Shown piece by piece: positions 10,421-19,797 of a stretch of 64,000 bases of DNA. Source of the DNA: Candidatus Moraniibacteriota bacterium (lineage in GTDB: Bacteria > Patescibacteriota > Minisyncoccia > Moranbacterales > UBA1568); NCBI GenBank assembly GCA_013336285.1, contig JAAXTX010000001.1:20201-84200 (forward strand). The letters are read 5' to 3'. A model generated the notes under the pieces. It searched no databases. It had not been told where the DNA came from and saw only the letters and a program-made list of their open reading frames with translations. Position numbers and translations under genes: made by a program. How positions within the stretch are numbered: the stretch's first letter is position 1; each line of letters starts with the position of its first letter.

Positions 10421-10513
10421 CCTCAGCTTTCAAACATCAAAAAAACCGGCGACTCATCATGCAATTTCGCACGATCTGTCGCCGGAACTCACTTTCTCGA
10501 GACGCTCTCAACG

Positions 10514-11182
10514 TCAGTAATAGGCATCCAATTCGCAGGTGTTGGGCATAACCTCCTGTATTGCCGTAAACACCACCGTATCGGCAATCTGTTTCGGAGA
10601 GATGAACCTCACGACCTTGGAACGATATTCGTTTACCATATCTTCCGAAAGACCGTCCCATTCCCTTGTTTCCACCGGACCCAGGAGAAAATCGCACACA
10701 GATAACTCGCCGGCCCTCCCTTCAACGGCGTTGATACTCTTGCCCAGGTTATGTAAAAGCGTGAATGCGCCTGAATAAAAGGGTGCGCCCGGCAATCCCT
10801 TCTTTACGCACTGCCCGAGCATATTGATGATCCTCCCGCCATGAGACATGAATGCCTTTGCGGAAGTGATCGCATAAACATGAGCATCCAGGAACGGCCG
10901 TATCGCAAGGTACCCGCCGAAATCAAAATTGTCGCTCTCAAGAAACGGGATGGCGGCCGTCACCATGAGATCGAAGTCCCTCAGGTCGTCAAACAATCCG
11001 GAAAATAATACTTTGACTTGCTCCATATCCCGAAGGTCGCAACATATGCCCTTACCGGGATTTTCCGGCCTGAACGTATGGAAATACGTCCAGACAACAT
11101 CATACCCAGCCGCATGAAGCGCTTTCACGATCGCACTCCCGATATCGCTTCCACCGCCGATCACCAACGCTTTTTTCTGCTT
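10514..11182 (-). CDS. Rossmann-fold short-chain dehydrogenase/reductase-like protein
   Basis: N-terminal KKALVIGGGSDIGSAIVKALHAAGYDV dinucleotide-binding motif. Start set at the MKQKK internal Met that has an upstream SD. Confidence 0.55.
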   Translation of the reverse strand, partial: KQKKALVIGGGSDIGSAIVKALHAAGYDVVWTYFHTFRPENPGKGICCDLRDMEQVKVLFSGLFDDLRDFDLMVTAAIPFLESDNFDFGGYLAIRPFLDAHVYAITSAKAFMSHGGRIINMLGQCVKKGLPGAPFYSGAFTLLHNLGKSINAVEGRAGELSVCDFLLGPVETREWDGLSEDMVNEYRSKVVRFISPKQIADTVVFTAIQEVMPNTCELDAYY

Positions 11183-11367
11183 CATCTCAAGTTCTCCGTT
11201 TTCGTTTATAATGAGCCTGCTGAAATATTGACTGTAAAAATTACACCATTGATGGTTTCGTGTCAATGTCTATCGTCTATCGTCTCTTCTCCCATCCACC
11301 TCATTTTCTCCGTCTCCCGACCGCCGTATCCCGCCCGACAGCCCGTTCCTTCCGACTTCGCGAAGAT

Positions 11368-11412
11368 ACGGGGATAAAACAACGCCTCGTATCGTAATGA
11401 TGCGAGGCGTTT
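11368..11412 (-). terminator. rho-independent terminator downstream of the purA-like gene
   Basis: Minus-strand AAACGCCTCG-catcattacgata-CGAGGCGTT followed by GTTTTATCCCC. Confidence 0.5.
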
Positions 11413-11436
11413 GAGCGAGGAGCCGTTTATCGTCCC

Positions 11437-12882
11437 TCACAGAAAGAACTTCTGATCCCCGAACGGTCCTACGGAAACCAAGCCGATCGGCATACCGGCC
11501 CCCTTTCCGGACCCGATGAAGCCGAGATACCTACGTGCATTCGAATGCAGACTCCAGGGAAACCTTGCCAACGAGATATCCGTGTTCCATCCCGGAAACT
11601 CCCGAAATTCGAGAGGCCGGCAACGGAACAGCAGTTCCGTGAATCGGGAACGTTCATCTTCATTCCTTTCCGGATCACATATGAGATCCGTTATCCTTAT
11701 CGTCCCATCACGCTTGCGGTGCCATTCGAAGTACCGGTCAAGTTCGACAGCATGGTAATCCCCTTCGCGACAATCCACCTCAAGGGTGTACGACACGCAC
11801 ACCCTTATGACCGGGAACCCCGAAAGTCTGTCCAGATTCGTCACGGCAAGCATCCCTTGTCGATGATTCAGGGACAGCGCGTACCGCGTAGCCAACGTAT
11901 CGAACCACCCGACACGGAACGCCCCCTGCCAAGGATTATGGCCGTTGAACGTTTCTTTGAGATGCCGTGACAGCCCCGGTTCCTCGGTCACGAACGGTCC
12001 GGCACCATGACGATGGGCATACGCTCGCACCACGTTCAACTTCCTTACGGTCGCCTTATCATGCTCCGCTTCCGAGATCAACCGATCGGCATTGGACATC
12101 GTACTGTCGGTTTTCGTCACATGAGGGAAAAAGCCCCCCTTATGATCAAGCAATACTCCCTGCGCCCCCTCGAACACGACTCCGTTCCGAAAATCCGGCC
12201 CGCGAGAGACGATGTTTTCCCTGAACGTTTCTCCGAGGGCGCGATACCCGTCAATAAGACGGTTCTGGTCCATATCCCTCAGAAATTTCTCCAAGGCCGT
12301 CATCGCTCCTTCATGACGATTTTCTGCCGCAAGTTGTTCCGCCTGGTCGATTTTCAGGGACCAGAGGAAACGTATCTTGCGAGAAACGACGTCACTCGTC
12401 AAATCCCCCATTCGGAGCATCTGCGAAGCGAACAGTCTCGAATCGCGGACGGCTTCCCCGACCCCCATTCCGACGCTCCCATGACGATTTTCACCACGAA
12501 CTGATTCCCTCATCTGATTCAGCAACTGATGAAGCGGCGTCACGACGATGCAATCAGGATGGATCGAAATCCGTTCCGATGCGTCGGGCATCCCCTTCCT
12601 TTTGAGGACATTCAGCTCGTCTTGAAGAGTCGCCGGATTCGTCAGCATGTATTCCGAGAGGTATGTCCTCGTTCCCGGAACGAACGACCCCGATCCGACC
12701 TGCGAGAAGCAATGCCATTTCCCCTCCCGTATGAGGACATGGTGAGCCGCCTGCGGTCCGCCATTATAGCGGACCACTTCCCTACTCTCGTTCGACCTGA
12801 CCAGAAAGTCGACGACCGATCCTTTCCCTTCGTCCCCGAATCCCGCGCCGGCCACTATGAACGATGTCTTTTCCACGATCAT
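11437..12882 (-). CDS. adenylosuccinate synthetase (PurA)-family protein, divergent and longer than canonical PurA
   Basis: N-terminal P-loop GAGFGDEGKGSVVDFL matches the PurA GDEGKGK motif. 481 aa. Its start overlaps the upstream gene's stop (ATGA). Confidence 0.6.
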   Translation of the reverse strand: MIVEKTSFIVAGAGFGDEGKGSVVDFLVRSNESREVVRYNGGPQAAHHVLIREGKWHCFSQVGSGSFVPGTRTYLSEYMLTNPATLQDELNVLKRKGMPDASERISIHPDCIVVTPLHQLLNQMRESVRGENRHGSVGMGVGEAVRDSRLFASQMLRMGDLTSDVVSRKIRFLWSLKIDQAEQLAAENRHEGAMTALEKFLRDMDQNRLIDGYRALGETFRENIVSRGPDFRNGVVFEGAQGVLLDHKGGFFPHVTKTDSTMSNADRLISEAEHDKATVRKLNVVRAYAHRHGAGPFVTEEPGLSRHLKETFNGHNPWQGAFRVGWFDTLATRYALSLNHRQGMLAVTNLDRLSGFPVIRVCVSYTLEVDCREGDYHAVELDRYFEWHRKRDGTIRITDLICDPERNEDERSRFTELLFRCRPLEFREFPGWNTDISLARFPWSLHSNARRYLGFIGSGKGAGMPIGLVSVGPFGDQKFFL

Positions 12883-13814
12883 TCCTCCCGATTTTCGATG
12901 GTTTCACGAAACGTTTCCAATATTCCCATGGCGTCCTGAAACGCGTCCGTACGTCTTGTCGAACCGAAACTCATCTCATCGCTCAACATGAAATTGCGAT
13001 AACCCATTTCGCCAAGCATGAGAAGGTCGGCGAGGTCGGCGAGTGAAACCTTCCGGCTTGTACCGAAAGATTCCAACAGTCTCGATGCGGCGATAGCGGT
13101 AGGGTCGGCTTCCACGATGGAGCGAAGGGCGTCGAACATGGCGAACGTATCATCCCGGATATTCTCGAACAGATCGTCCCTTGCCGCCATAAGTCTCACA
13201 TGTCCGCCATATTTTGGATATTCGTTCTTTACGAACGAGAGCCCTTTCGACGATTCGATCTTGGCGATGATCCTCGCCTGAGGATCGAGTTCGAGCAATT
13301 CGCGCAGATCGTTTTCCTCCTCGACGAATGACAACATGTAATTCCTGATTCCGAGTTCCTTCGCGGCCAGAACGTATGCGCGGTCTTCGTCGGTCAGATA
13401 CCCCGCGATACGGAGATTCCTTCCCCGTATGTTCACCGACTGTCCGGCCCCGACCGCTTGAAGCGGCGGCGGGTCGACATACACCCTGTTCCCCGAGACA
13501 CTCCTGATGAAAGTTCCCTGTTGAGAGCCGCGAAAACTGATTTCCGCCGGTATATCGACTTCTATCTCGTGATTGAGAACGATGTCGCCGAATGTCGGCA
13601 CGGCCCACGAAACGATACGAAGCTGCCTCCCCTTCAGGTCGACATACAAGGGCTTGCCTCCCATGACCGCGAGCAGCCGTCTCAACGTCTCCTTGGGATC
13701 AAGCGGCGACCTCGCACCGACGTTGAAACGCGCGGCGGTCAGAGTCCCGTTTGCCGCGATTATGCCGAGAGCATGCTCAAGATGCGGAGGTGGTAATGTC
13801 GCGAAAATTTCCAT
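12879..13814 (-). CDS. pyruvate-kinase-like / HpcH-CitE-like TIM-barrel protein (PEP/pyruvate-domain superfamily)
   Basis: N-terminal region (ATLPPPHLEHALGIIAANGTLTAARFNVGARS) resembles the PK-like barrel N-terminus. 311 aa. Assignment is superfamily-level only. Confidence 0.4.
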   Translation of the reverse strand: MEIFATLPPPHLEHALGIIAANGTLTAARFNVGARSPLDPKETLRRLLAVMGGKPLYVDLKGRQLRIVSWAVPTFGDIVLNHEIEVDIPAEISFRGSQQGTFIRSVSGNRVYVDPPPLQAVGAGQSVNIRGRNLRIAGYLTDEDRAYVLAAKELGIRNYMLSFVEEENDLRELLELDPQARIIAKIESSKGLSFVKNEYPKYGGHVRLMAARDDLFENIRDDTFAMFDALRSIVEADPTAIAASRLLESFGTSRKVSLADLADLLMLGEMGYRNFMLSDEMSFGSTRRTDAFQDAMGILETFRETIENREE

Positions 13815-13879
13815 TTTTTATCTCCCTGTTATTGATTTGTTCTTGCTTTTTAAAAAAACGGTCCCGATAAATCGGACCC

Positions 13880-13912
13880 GATAATATACACGGAATCATT
13901 AATAATGTCAAT
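13880..13912 (-). promoter_or_regulatory. consensus sigma70-type promoter (-35 TTGACA, 17 nt, -10 TATATT) for the PK-like/purA-like sub-operon, followed by CCCGATAA direct repeats
   Basis: Minus-strand aaaagaTTGACAttattaatgattccgtgTATATTatcgggtccgatttatcgggac. Two CCCGATAA copies lie just downstream of the -10. Confidence 0.5.
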
Positions 13913-13931
13913 CTTTTATAAGGGGAATCAT

Positions 13932-13972
13932 GCAAAAAAATAAAAGGGGTGAAGCGATTTCGCCTCACCCCG
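13932..13972 (-). terminator. rho-independent terminator after the Nudix gene
   Basis: GGGGTGAAGCG-attt-CGCCTCACCCC hairpin followed on the minus strand by TTTTATTTTTTTG. Confidence 0.5.
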
Positions 13973-13982
13973 TGTGTTCACC

Positions 13983-14885
13983 TTATACCCGGATATCCAG
14001 CATTCCCAGCGCCTGTTCAAAAAGCTTCCTATGATGAGAATCCTTGAACGACGCTCCAGAAAACTCACGGCGTGACAAAACGACGACTTCTTTGACTTCA
14101 CTGCCATCCCCCTTGAACATTCCTTTCACGTCTGCGACGGAAAGCGTCTTTCCGATCTCGAACACCGCCATATAGGCAGTCGTCATGGAAACCCGCTGAA
14201 ATCCGTACGCGATATCGGCATCGCTGGTAGGTGTAAAGACGGTGCCCAGGAGTTTCAGTCGGCATTCCGACTTCTCACTTCCCTGAAACTCCGCCCGCAC
14301 CTCGATATGATCGGGGTGCGGATTTCCATCATCGCGAGGAAAGGAATCCCGCGGTTTCAACCGCAGACCGATCTCTTCGAACCCCTCCCGGATGGCACTT
14401 TCCGCCGCTGACTCTATCGAGACTCCCTTCTTGTCGATGAAACCTCCGACGAGGGCGAGCGGGCCACTTCCGGCTTCTCCCTTCCGGATACAGATGAAAT
14501 AAAGATTCCCATCGCTATCCCGAATGAACGGAAGAATATCCGCCGCGACGCCCGGCTTATGATATGCCAGATGACCGACTGCATCGGCGACATACAGATA
14601 GGATCCGTTGCCGATATCGTACCGACTGACTCGTACCGCATCGCCGAAATGACCATATCGTCCGACTCCTGCATAAGCATCGGTCGCCAAACACAGCGAT
14701 ATCGACTCCCGACCACTCGGATTCGCAATCAATACCGGATCGTACTGGGACGCTTTCCCCGAATCCGAAATGAATTGTTCCAGAAGGGGCGGGCAATGAT
14801 TCGCCGCAGACAATGTTTCCAAACTGTCAAACGGACGTTTCATCAGTTCCCCCCTATACCCATAAAAGTAAAGATGTTCCTTCAT
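13983..14885 (-). CDS. Nudix hydrolase (ADP-ribose pyrophosphatase-like) with N-terminal extension
   Basis: Canonical Nudix box GGFIDKKGVSIESAAESAIREGFEEIGL. Start chosen at MKEHL, which has an AAAGGAG SD and an ATGA overlap with the ARH stop. The ORF-track start at 14960 would overlap ARH by 78 nt. Confidence 0.7.
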   Translation of the reverse strand: MKEHLYFYGYRGELMKRPFDSLETLSAANHCPPLLEQFISDSGKASQYDPVLIANPSGRESISLCLATDAYAGVGRYGHFGDAVRVSRYDIGNGSYLYVADAVGHLAYHKPGVAADILPFIRDSDGNLYFICIRKGEAGSGPLALVGGFIDKKGVSIESAAESAIREGFEEIGLRLKPRDSFPRDDGNPHPDHIEVRAEFQGSEKSECRLKLLGTVFTPTSDADIAYGFQRVSMTTAYMAVFEIGKTLSVADVKGMFKGDGSEVKEVVVLSRREFSGASFKDSHHRKLFEQALGMLDIRV

Positions 14886-15988
14886 GATTCGCTCCTTTGT
14901 TTTTCCGATAGGGCTTCCGCCAGTTCGGTCGCCGTTTGTATGACTGCTTCCTTCCTCCATAGTCCGTCGATCAGGTGCTCATGCCCTTCGAAAAGAGCCA
15001 TGCCATTCCGAGCCCCGAGCAAGGCGCCAACCATCGATCCGTTCGAATCGGTATCACCGCCGGCATTCACCGTATCGAAGAGCGTCACGATACTCCGCGG
15101 ATTCCGCAGGAACATCGCGTACGTGAACGGGATCGAGTCAAATGCGTAGCATGACCCTTTTCCGAGCGCCGTGGACAATTCTCCGATGTTCATATGCTCC
15201 CAACACCGTGTTTCGAGCATCCATCTCAACCGATCCGAAATCCTATCGGTAATGACATCATCAGAAAGAATGTTCTCACCGACAAGACACGCATCGATGA
15301 CGATTTCCAGGAATCGCGTTTCGAAGTCCTCGTCCGGAAGGGTAAGGCTGGCGAAAACCGCGTAAGCCTGCGCGAGTCCGGACGCCGCTCCCATTTGGGT
15401 CGCATGAGTCATGAGTCCGACTTTGATCATTTTGGCGTCAAAGGCCACACGATACTCGGAAAATCTCTTCTCCATATCGGCGACACTGTATCGCCTGCTC
15501 AGCCGTTGATACGCCGATGCCAGAATCATTCCGAAGGGAGCCGCTTTCATGGCGACACCGTTTCCGGCACCGTTCTCGGTTCCGGACTCACTCCAGTGAA
15601 TCCCCGCTCGGATCTTCTCCAACGCCTTCCTCGTACTCCCGCCCATTCCGCTTATCAGCATGCAGGAATCTGACACGAGTCGACGCGAGATATCATCGCA
15701 GTCAATAAGATAGCTTCCCGGGAATCCCCTTCCTACGCGTCTTATGACATCGATTATCGACTCCGCGCATGCCTGCGTATGACACCAGTCGTCGGTCCAC
15801 ATTCCGGCCTTCATTCCCTCGCCGTGAAACCGGTGGTCTTTCGGCGGATCGACATAGCCCCTGATCCGTCCGAACCTTTTCGCGATCGTTTTCGCGGAAT
15901 ATATTTCCGCCGGCATCCCGAGCGCATCGCCGATAGCGACAAAAAGCATCGCGGCTTTCATGCGGTCTTTCATTCCTTCCAAACCCAT
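14882..15988 (-). CDS. ADP-ribosylglycohydrolase (ARH/DraG family)
   Basis: 368 aa with family hallmarks: N-terminal AIGDALGMPAE, GMWTDD and a C-terminal DTDSNGSMVGALLGA metal-binding motif. Confidence 0.8.
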   Translation of the reverse strand: MGLEGMKDRMKAAMLFVAIGDALGMPAEIYSAKTIAKRFGRIRGYVDPPKDHRFHGEGMKAGMWTDDWCHTQACAESIIDVIRRVGRGFPGSYLIDCDDISRRLVSDSCMLISGMGGSTRKALEKIRAGIHWSESGTENGAGNGVAMKAAPFGMILASAYQRLSRRYSVADMEKRFSEYRVAFDAKMIKVGLMTHATQMGAASGLAQAYAVFASLTLPDEDFETRFLEIVIDACLVGENILSDDVITDRISDRLRWMLETRCWEHMNIGELSTALGKGSCYAFDSIPFTYAMFLRNPRSIVTLFDTVNAGGDTDSNGSMVGALLGARNGMALFEGHEHLIDGLWRKEAVIQTATELAEALSEKQRSES

Positions 15989-16124
15989 ATCCCTCCCTGT
16001 CTTTTGTTGTGAAAAAACATGTTCAGCCCTCTTATTACGGAGCCGAAAAACCGGAATCGAACCGCTTCCATTCCGCTTTTTCGGCGGGAAAGATATTTAC
16101 CTTTCCCGCGAAACCCTTCATGGG

Positions 16125-16829
16125 CTAAAGAACTATCTGTTCGACGATCAACGCACCGCTCTGTTGCATGGAAAACAGCGCGAACAGTTCGCTGAGATCT
16201 CGCGGGTGCACTCCGGGCAAATCATAGGTCACGACCGCATCTATCGGGATGATGACCTGCAGGTCCGACGGAATGAACCCTCTCGTCCGCAGATTCAGGA
16301 TCGCAAGTACCGTTTCCATCACGCAGATATCAGTGCATATGCCGCCGACAATGAGTGTCTTGATCTGACTCGCATTGATCCATTCGATGAATCCGGTAAG
16401 TTTGCCGATATCTCCCACTATGCCGTTATTGCAATCTTTGCGAAGCAGGAATACGAAACAGCTTTTCTCGGTCCACCTGAGCGGCTCGATAATGGCACTT
16501 TCGGGAGTTCCCAGAACGCAGTGTTCCGGATAGACCCCTTCCCGCTGACCAGCCTCATGACCTTCGGCATACATGACGACCGAGGCTTTGATCCAGTTCA
16601 GATATTCCAGCAATCGGACGCATTCCGCGACCATCGCCGGTACCTCACTGTCATCTTTCGGAGGGGACAACGGCCCGCAACCCGGCGTACAGAATCCGTC
16701 CACCAAGTCGATGAACGCGCCCCCTACCGTATTCTCAAGGTGGCGGATATCGTATGCGTCGACGATATTCAGTCCGACTCCATGCCGTTTCGCGAGTTCG
16801 CGAAACTTTTCCGCCTTTTTACTCTGCAT
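16125..16829 (-). CDS. isochorismatase-family cysteine hydrolase (PncA-like nicotinamidase candidate)
   Basis: Catalytic-Cys region TLIVGGICTDICVMETVLAI typical of the isochorismatase/nicotinamidase fold. Start at internal MQSKK with an AAGGAGAAG SD. Confidence 0.6.
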   Translation of the reverse strand: MQSKKAEKFRELAKRHGVGLNIVDAYDIRHLENTVGGAFIDLVDGFCTPGCGPLSPPKDDSEVPAMVAECVRLLEYLNWIKASVVMYAEGHEAGQREGVYPEHCVLGTPESAIIEPLRWTEKSCFVFLLRKDCNNGIVGDIGKLTGFIEWINASQIKTLIVGGICTDICVMETVLAILNLRTRGFIPSDLQVIIPIDAVVTYDLPGVHPRDLSELFALFSMQQSGALIVEQIVL

Positions 16830-17011
16830 ATTCTTCTCCTTTTTTTGTGATACGTTTTTTGATACACGGTTATTTTTTAGGAACCCTGAACGGTCACGGG
16901 ATAAGCCCAAGCTACGTCGGAAAAGACATTCCCCCGACAAAAATTGTCTTGAATTGGAAAATAATGGGGACCGATGCATTCGATATCGGTCCCCGACCTT
17001 TCAAAACGTAC

Positions 17012-18514
17012 TCATAACCGCTTCGTCTTTCCGGAACGATTTTTTCCGGGCGCTCCAGGCAGCGTACCGCTCACTTTGACGATGGCTCCGGCTTTCGCAT
17101 CGGAGAATCCCTCCAAAGCCCTCCTTACCTGACCCTGCCTCAACTGCGTCTGACCGCGCTCGCCCATATCGACGACATACTGGTCCAGACCCGCTCCCGA
17201 GGAGAGAGCTATGGCTCCGAGCATGACGTCCACGATCGCGCGCGGATCATCGATAACAAGGATATTCTCATCCGGTATGACGCCCGCCCACTGATTCCGA
17301 ATCAGCGTGTCATCATACCCGGCATACCGGTCGACGGCTTCGGGCCGTTCATCCGGATCGAACTCGAATTCCCCGACAAAGACGTTCGCCGCGTTATTCG
17401 GATTTTCCACATCTGAAGAACCGCCTCTGACCGATACGACCGGGGCGATACCTTCGAAATGCGCGATTTTCCCGTTTATCTCACTCTCGACCCTGAACGG
17501 AGTGGCCTCTCGCGATGGTTCATGATACGCGAAGTTCTGTACGAACACCTCGTACTTCCCCTTCGGAGCACGCCCTTTCGGCCACCGGGTATTCTCGATC
17601 GGCTTGGTCGTCTCACCATGAACGTTCCTGTCCACGTCGAGTTCGCCGCCGCAGCGCGAATGCTTGTGACTGAAATAGATGTGCTCCCCGCTCGGCGCGA
17701 TGACATGCAGATCGAGATCGTTCCGGTTGTCCCATATCAGCGAGAAGCGGACATCGACACCTTCATGCATGGCACCGGCCTCAAGAACCCTTTTCCTTAT
17801 CTCCTCGTCGATATCGGTCTTGCGTTCCTGCCAGGTCTTCTTCGGATAGATGAAGAACACATCGTATTTCTCCTGGAGTTTCGCGAATACCGTCCCAGAA
17901 TCCAAGTCTTCCGGCAAAGAGTCGCCGATAAGTCGCTTTACCTGATCCTTTGATATCTTGGGGTAGAATCCCTCGTCCCCAAGGAAAAACAGGATGCCTT
18001 TCTCTCCGCGCTTGAGGCAGTCCAACTCCGTATGCGTCGCGTAGTAATAGGCGAGAAGCTCATAGGACTCCTGTCCCGTTCCGCCGCCGCCTTCCTCAAG
18101 CCAGATATTTCCGAGTACTTCGTCCAGCCGGTTGTCCGACTCGAACTGCCCTACCTGAATCGGGGCCTTGTCTCCGCAGGTCGCATCACCGACGGCGGCA
18201 AAACTGATGACCGGATGTTGCACCCACCCTTTCATGATCAGCTGCCCGATAAACATCGGTAGCTTTCCGTAGATGACCTTCGCATCATCGCCGCGCGACC
18301 GCGTATCATCCATCACGACCGCGATCGGTTTGGTGTTCGGATGTTCCGCCGAATCACGACACTCCCGTATCTTCCCCTTGATGTTTAACAAGGGGTGCAC
18401 TTCGCGCTGGGTCGGTTGCGTCGGATCGCTCGCATACCCACGAAAACTGAAATGATCGTTCAGGGAAGAACGCTGACGTTCCCCTACGTCTCCATCGTAA
18501 TGATTATCACCCAT
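17012..18514 (-). CDS. vWA-like domain protein with C-terminal beta-rich domain of unknown function
   Basis: MIDAS-like DDTRS, plus vWA-like GGGTGQESYELL and ILFFLGDEGF segments in the N-terminal half. The C-terminal ~230 aa are uncharacterised. Paired with the J-domain kinase upstream (30-bp gap). Confidence 0.4.
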   Translation of the reverse strand: MGDNHYDGDVGERQRSSLNDHFSFRGYASDPTQPTQREVHPLLNIKGKIRECRDSAEHPNTKPIAVVMDDTRSRGDDAKVIYGKLPMFIGQLIMKGWVQHPVISFAAVGDATCGDKAPIQVGQFESDNRLDEVLGNIWLEEGGGGTGQESYELLAYYYATHTELDCLKRGEKGILFFLGDEGFYPKISKDQVKRLIGDSLPEDLDSGTVFAKLQEKYDVFFIYPKKTWQERKTDIDEEIRKRVLEAGAMHEGVDVRFSLIWDNRNDLDLHVIAPSGEHIYFSHKHSRCGGELDVDRNVHGETTKPIENTRWPKGRAPKGKYEVFVQNFAYHEPSREATPFRVESEINGKIAHFEGIAPVVSVRGGSSDVENPNNAANVFVGEFEFDPDERPEAVDRYAGYDDTLIRNQWAGVIPDENILVIDDPRAIVDVMLGAIALSSGAGLDQYVVDMGERGQTQLRQGQVRRALEGFSDAKAGAIVKVSGTLPGAPGKNRSGKTKRL

Positions 18515-18543
18515 CTTCTTCGACTCCTTTTTTTGATTGTTGT

Positions 18544-19647
18544 TTACGGTAATACGAATTCCAGAAACCTGATCGGCCCCCAGAGTTCGACTCTCAAATC
18601 CTGTAGCATTTTATGCATCTCCCAGGCGTCCTGTGCCCGCTGAATCGGACTTTCCCTCACGAGAAACTCCAGAAATCTTGCGAATCCCGGGGTCGTCCCG
18701 TGTGGCATCCGGTTCGTCTTCACGTTCCCACCGAGCGCGTAAATCATGCTTTTCCCGACAGCGTATAGGTCCGATGACGGCAACGGCGGTTTTCCTTCGG
18801 CGACTTCCGACGGACTGTAATCCTCGTTAAGCACCTTGAACCGCTCACCTGCTTTCTGGCCACCGATCGCATAACTCCAATCGACGAGCGAAAGATTATG
18901 ATCGCGAGGTCGGATCATGACATGCGCCGGCTCGATATTGCCATGAATGACTCCTCGGGAATGAACATACCCTACGACACTCAGGAGACGCGTAAGCATC
19001 CATGCGACGTGTTGTTCAGGTATACCGTTCCGATAACGGTCCGACTCCCTGATAGCCACAAGGTCGTAATAGCCGTCCAGCATCTCCAGGATAAGAGCCT
19101 GACGTCCGTCCTCGGCCTTGAAACGGTCGATCATCATCGGTAGATGCTTGTCCTGTGCTCCCGGATTTTCCTTGAGTCTTCTCAGTGTCCGGATCTCGTT
19201 TTGCATGAGATCGTTGTCCGCCGGATCATCGACCAGCTTCAGCACGATCTTCCGCTCGGTCATCGCGTCGATGCCGTAGTACACGGTCGAAAGATCCCCC
19301 TGGGCCAGACGCGAGCTGATCTTGTACTCCCGATCTCCGACACGGATGGAAAAACTCTCTTCCGCCGTCTCATCGGGAACCGTGGAGCCGTAGACGCCCG
19401 CCTCGATTCTCACCTTTGCCTTCTCAAAGAGCTCCGAGAGCCTCTTGAACGCCCCGTCAGCATCGCTTTTTCTCCGTGAATTCCGATCCGGATGAACCGT
19501 TTTCGATAGGTTTCGATACAGGCGTTTCACTTCGGTCAATTTGTCCCCGACGCCCGTAAGCATACCGAAAATATCTTCCGGTCCGGTCGCGGAACCTATC
19601 CTCTCGGAAAGGATTTCGAATTCCGTTTCACTGACCATATCCAACAC
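18544..19647 (-). CDS. J-domain (DnaJ-like) fused to a divergent Ser/Thr protein-kinase-like domain
   Basis: N-terminal J domain with an HPD motif (KRLYRNLSKTVHPDRN). Kinase fold follows: glycine-rich GDLSTVYYG, VLKL lysine, catalytic loop IHGNIEPAHVMI (HGN in place of HRD) and DWS in place of DFG. Confidence 0.55.
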   Translation of the reverse strand: MLDMVSETEFEILSERIGSATGPEDIFGMLTGVGDKLTEVKRLYRNLSKTVHPDRNSRRKSDADGAFKRLSELFEKAKVRIEAGVYGSTVPDETAEESFSIRVGDREYKISSRLAQGDLSTVYYGIDAMTERKIVLKLVDDPADNDLMQNEIRTLRRLKENPGAQDKHLPMMIDRFKAEDGRQALILEMLDGYYDLVAIRESDRYRNGIPEQHVAWMLTRLLSVVGYVHSRGVIHGNIEPAHVMIRPRDHNLSLVDWSYAIGGQKAGERFKVLNEDYSPSEVAEGKPPLPSSDLYAVGKSMIYALGGNVKTNRMPHGTTPGFARFLEFLVRESPIQRAQDAWEMHKMLQDLRVELWGPIRFLEFVLP

Positions 19648-19797
19648 CTCCTTCTCTCTTTCGTTGTTAAAGTTCCCCTGAAACTACTACATATGCCGAC
19701 CAGGCGCAAGGGATACCCCCACGACTCACCGGCATACGGATAATAACAAGGTGCCGGACCGGAAAAATATGAACTATTTTCCCGGTCCGACGAAAGG

